From NCBI GenBank assembly GCA_964106915.2, contig OZ066919.1: a stretch of DNA of 64,000 nucleotides. One strand, given 5' to 3'. A program made the position numbers and the translations under genes. This stretch comes from Podarcis gaigeae (lineage: Eukaryota). Shown here piece by piece: positions 61,159 to 64,000 of this stretch. Under the pieces are notes generated by a model that saw only the letters and a program-made list of their open reading frames with translations, had not been told where the DNA came from and did no database searches. Position 1 is the first letter of the stretch. Each line of letters begins with the position of its first letter.

Positions 61159-62366
61159 CAAACACATCAATGCCACCAATTTGGCATTCCAGCAGGTGCA
61201 TTTGTACCAATCCACCCTTTGTGCAGGTAAATAATAGAGACCCTCCTGCCAGGAACTTAGCATGGCAGCTCCACCTCACCTGGCTAGCCATTTCTAGAAA
61301 TGCTTCACTCTCTTAAATGTTTGCTGGGAACGCAGGTGTTAAAGGCAAAGGAGTTTCTGCAGGAAAAAGGTGGCAAGCATACGCAAGAAAGGGCCCCAAA
61401 AGTAAACTGTTTGTCCAATATGTACTGATAAGCTGATCCGCCCCTGGCAATTTTCACTTCCCAAGTGCTTAAAGGAGCATCAAGAAACAATATCTGGGAT
61501 CTAACCACCTCCTGATGAAACCAAGTCAAGGTCTTCTGAAAATGACTTAGATAACCTCCAACTCTGCTTCTTCTCTTTGATTCTTCTCAAAGAATAAAAA
61601 GGCAAGGTTGTACAACAAACAAGCTAGAGAACTTCTATTTGATCCATGGCAAATAAACAGACAGGGATGCAGTACATATAGTAGGGATGGGTTTATATGT
61701 GTATTTCTAGTCCAGGACATTTTTGCACATTGCAACCATCTGCAAATTTCTTTTTAACTTCCTCTCAAAGGCAGCTATGTAAATGCATACTTTGATGCAT
61801 ATTTAAATGTGTGTTTTCTCTCAAAATACAATTTAAACGTATAGATACATGTTTATTTCAAAATATGTATCTAAATGCATTTTTTAAAATGTTTAAACCA
61901 ACCTTCCTCAACGTGTAGACTCCAAATATCTTGGACTACAACTCACTGGAGGATCCACTTTATAGTCACCAGAAACCAGATAAAAACTCACTTAAAAAAA
62001 AGGTATTTAAAGGCTGATGTCATTTTTTATGTTGTGATGCTGCTAATTATGTTTTTTATGTGCTGTATGATAATTATTTTTAATGTTTCTGCTTATAATG
62101 TACAATATTATGTTTCATATTGCCTTTCTTTTGTTGCAAACTGTCCTGTGGCCATTTTTGGTGAATGTCAGTCCAGAAATCTATTTAATTAATAAATAAA
62201 ACACTCATCAGCACAAATATTCATTCCAATATTTGGTGGATAGCTAAGCTCCAATCTGCATATTAGGCCAAGAGATACAGATCAGGTAGAAAAATCTGCA
62301 GAATGAAATCCTCAAGCACTTTCTGTTTCTACTACTGTATTTGCATTATTTGAATAATTATACTTC

Positions 62367-62385
62367 TGCCAGTAGAGGTCGCTAG
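62367..62385 (+). promoter_or_regulatory. Candidate CTCF site
   Basis: TGCCAGTAGAGGTCGCTAG, one mismatch from the CCASYAGRKGGCRS core. Confidence 0.5.
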
Positions 62386-62460
62386 TATGCAGCATCTTCC
62401 ATTCCTCCCGCCCTGTCCCCAGCAAGTAAGAAATGTGGGGTTAGATTATGCTTATTACTC

Positions 62461-63029
62461 TAGCCAGGGTGGGGCTGTGGGTTAAGCCACAGAGCCTAGG
62501 GCATGGGTAGGCAAACTAAGGCCTGGGGGCCGCATCTGGCCTAATTGCCTTCTAAATCTGGCCCATGGACAGTCCAGGAATCAGTGTGTTTTTACATGAG
62601 TAGAATGTGTGCTTTTATTTAAAATGCATCTCTGGGTTATTTGTGGGGCATAGGAATTGATTCTTTTTTCCCTGCTTCAAAATATAGCCTGGCCCCCCAC
62701 AAGGTCTGAGGGACAGTGGACCGGCCCCTGCCTGAAAAAGTTTGCTGATCCCTGGCCTAGGGCTTGCCGATCAGAAGGTCGGCAGTTCGAATCCCCGCGA
62801 CGGGGTGAGCTCCAGCACATCAAAGTGCAAGTAGATAAATAGGTACCGCTCCAGTAGGAAGGTAAATGGCGTTTCCGTGCGCTGCTCTGGTTCGCCAGAA
62901 GTGGCTTAGTCATGCTGGCCACATGACCCGGAAGCTGTACGCCGGCTCCCTCGGCCAATAAAGTGAGGTGAGCGCCGCAACCCCAGAGTTATCCGCAACT
63001 GGACCTAATGGTGAGGGATCCCTTTACCT
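62461..63029 (+). mobile_element. Sauria SINE containing a nested hAT MITE (62502-62754)
   Basis: SINE head resumes after the MITE; MITE 8-bp TSD GCCTAGGG at 62494-62501 and 62755-62762; SINE TSD TTATTACTC at 62452-62460 and 63030-63038. Confidence 0.88.
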
Positions 63030-63479
63030 TTATTACTCCTGGACAGGTGGTGAATGCCTTCTACTGTGATGATAACCTATATGTTTTGGCCTTGGAGTGG
63101 GTGGGAGGGTGAGGGAGGCTGGGAGTGGCAATTGCTCCTTGCAATTTGGTAAACTTTTCTATTGGTCTGACCAATATATTGATTCCACTTACTTTTAAGA
63201 GAACAGAATCTTGGTGAACTGATAGGCCAAATTACACATTACATTAAATGTGCGACTGCATTTGATGTATTTCAAAAATAGCAATTCCGGGCGTTCTCCA
63301 TCAAGATCGTAAGGCGAAGGGATTTTAAATCCTTTCCTCTCTAAGCCAGTCCCAAGAGCAGCTTACTTCCTACAGTAAATAATATTTTGGCAGGGGAGGG
63401 AGGGAGTAGGGTTGCCACCCATCCCTAGAAAAAGGGAATCGCCCCATTTTTGGACAAAAGTGTCCTTGTCCTGTCTTGC

Positions 63480-63915
63480 TTAAGCAAGATAAAATATTGT
63501 TTCTTTATGCAACAACTACAACAAGAATATTATTGGCCCAAAGATGGAAGCAGGAAGAGATTGCGACGAAAGAAGAGTGGCAGATGAAGCTAATGGACTA
63601 TGCCGAACTGGCAAAATTAACTGGGAAGATTCGGAACCAGCAGGACCAGACCTTTCTGAAAGACTGGAATAAAATTATGTTGTATTTGAAAGACAATTGT
63701 AAACAATTAACATCGCTAGTAGGGCTACAAGAAGTTTTGCAAGGTCAAATTTATCAATTATTATCAAGTATGATTTTTAATTGATTTATTTAAGAATAGG
63801 ATTTAAGGATAACAACAACAACAACAACAAAATGCAATATTGGAGCATAAATAAGAAAACCATTAGTCAAGGAGGAGGGAAGTCCAAGGCTGAGATGGTC
63901 AACTGGTCATTATGT
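63480..63915 (+). mobile_element. L1-like LINE ORF2 C-terminus and 3'UTR fragment
   Basis: ILFLYATTTTRILLAQRWKQEE...EEWQMKLMDYAELAKLT...FLKDWNKIMLYLK; the ggagggaagtccaa 3'UTR motif resembles that of the 632-1000 element. Confidence 0.7.
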
Positions 63916-63919
63916 ATTA

Positions 63920-64000
63920 CCGTATTTTTCGCCCCATAGGACGCACTTTTCCCCCTCCAAAAATGAAGGGGAAATGTGTGTGCGTCCTATGGGGCGAATG
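63920..64000 (+). mobile_element. Left end of a Tc1/mariner-superfamily (Tc2/pogo-like) DNA transposon
   Basis: TA|CCGTATTTTTCGCCCCATAGGACGCAC with an internal inverted copy gtgcgtcctatggggcgaa; runs off the window. Confidence 0.65.

Noticed and set aside
1-64000. Most 60-200 aa ORFs in the supplied track as independent genes
   Set aside because: They are antisense or off-frame shadows of exons, intron read-throughs, or repeat-derived; none has a recognisable domain beyond KIF21B, INAVA and LINE fragments

Overview
This is vertebrate genomic DNA. The repeat content (Sauria/Squam SINEs, BovB, CR1, L2, L1, hAT and Tc1/mariner MITEs) points to a squamate, most likely a lacertid lizard. Two convergent multi-exon genes were reconstructed by hand, with splice phases checked. 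(1) The + strand carries the 3' half of kinesin KIF21B: coiled-coil stalk and WD40 tail, coding exons from 1098 to 23042, a 39-nt cassette exon, two alternative homologous last coding exons, and a 3'UTR to about 26600. (2) The - strand carries the complete coding region of INAVA/C1orf106: 9 coding exons from 44115 down to 28179, 1806 nt = 601 aa, ending in a PDZ-binding TQV, with a probable non-coding 5' exon near 54.8 kb. The two 3' ends appear to meet at a bidirectional poly(A) element near 26.6 kb. The most interesting unexplained signals are a candidate 4-nt microexon (GGCA) that would give KIF21B a third, truncated C-terminus, and a candidate in-frame 144-nt cassette exon in the last INAVA intron whose 5' splice site sits in a hairpin loop. 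Also notable are a MITE cluster with an inverted pair flanking the putative INAVA 5' exon, a SINE with a perfect 46-bp target-site duplication, and several nested insertions. There is no prokaryotic-type system or CRISPR array, and most ORF-track entries are spurious. Gene and repeat names come from recalled sequence similarity, not from a database search.
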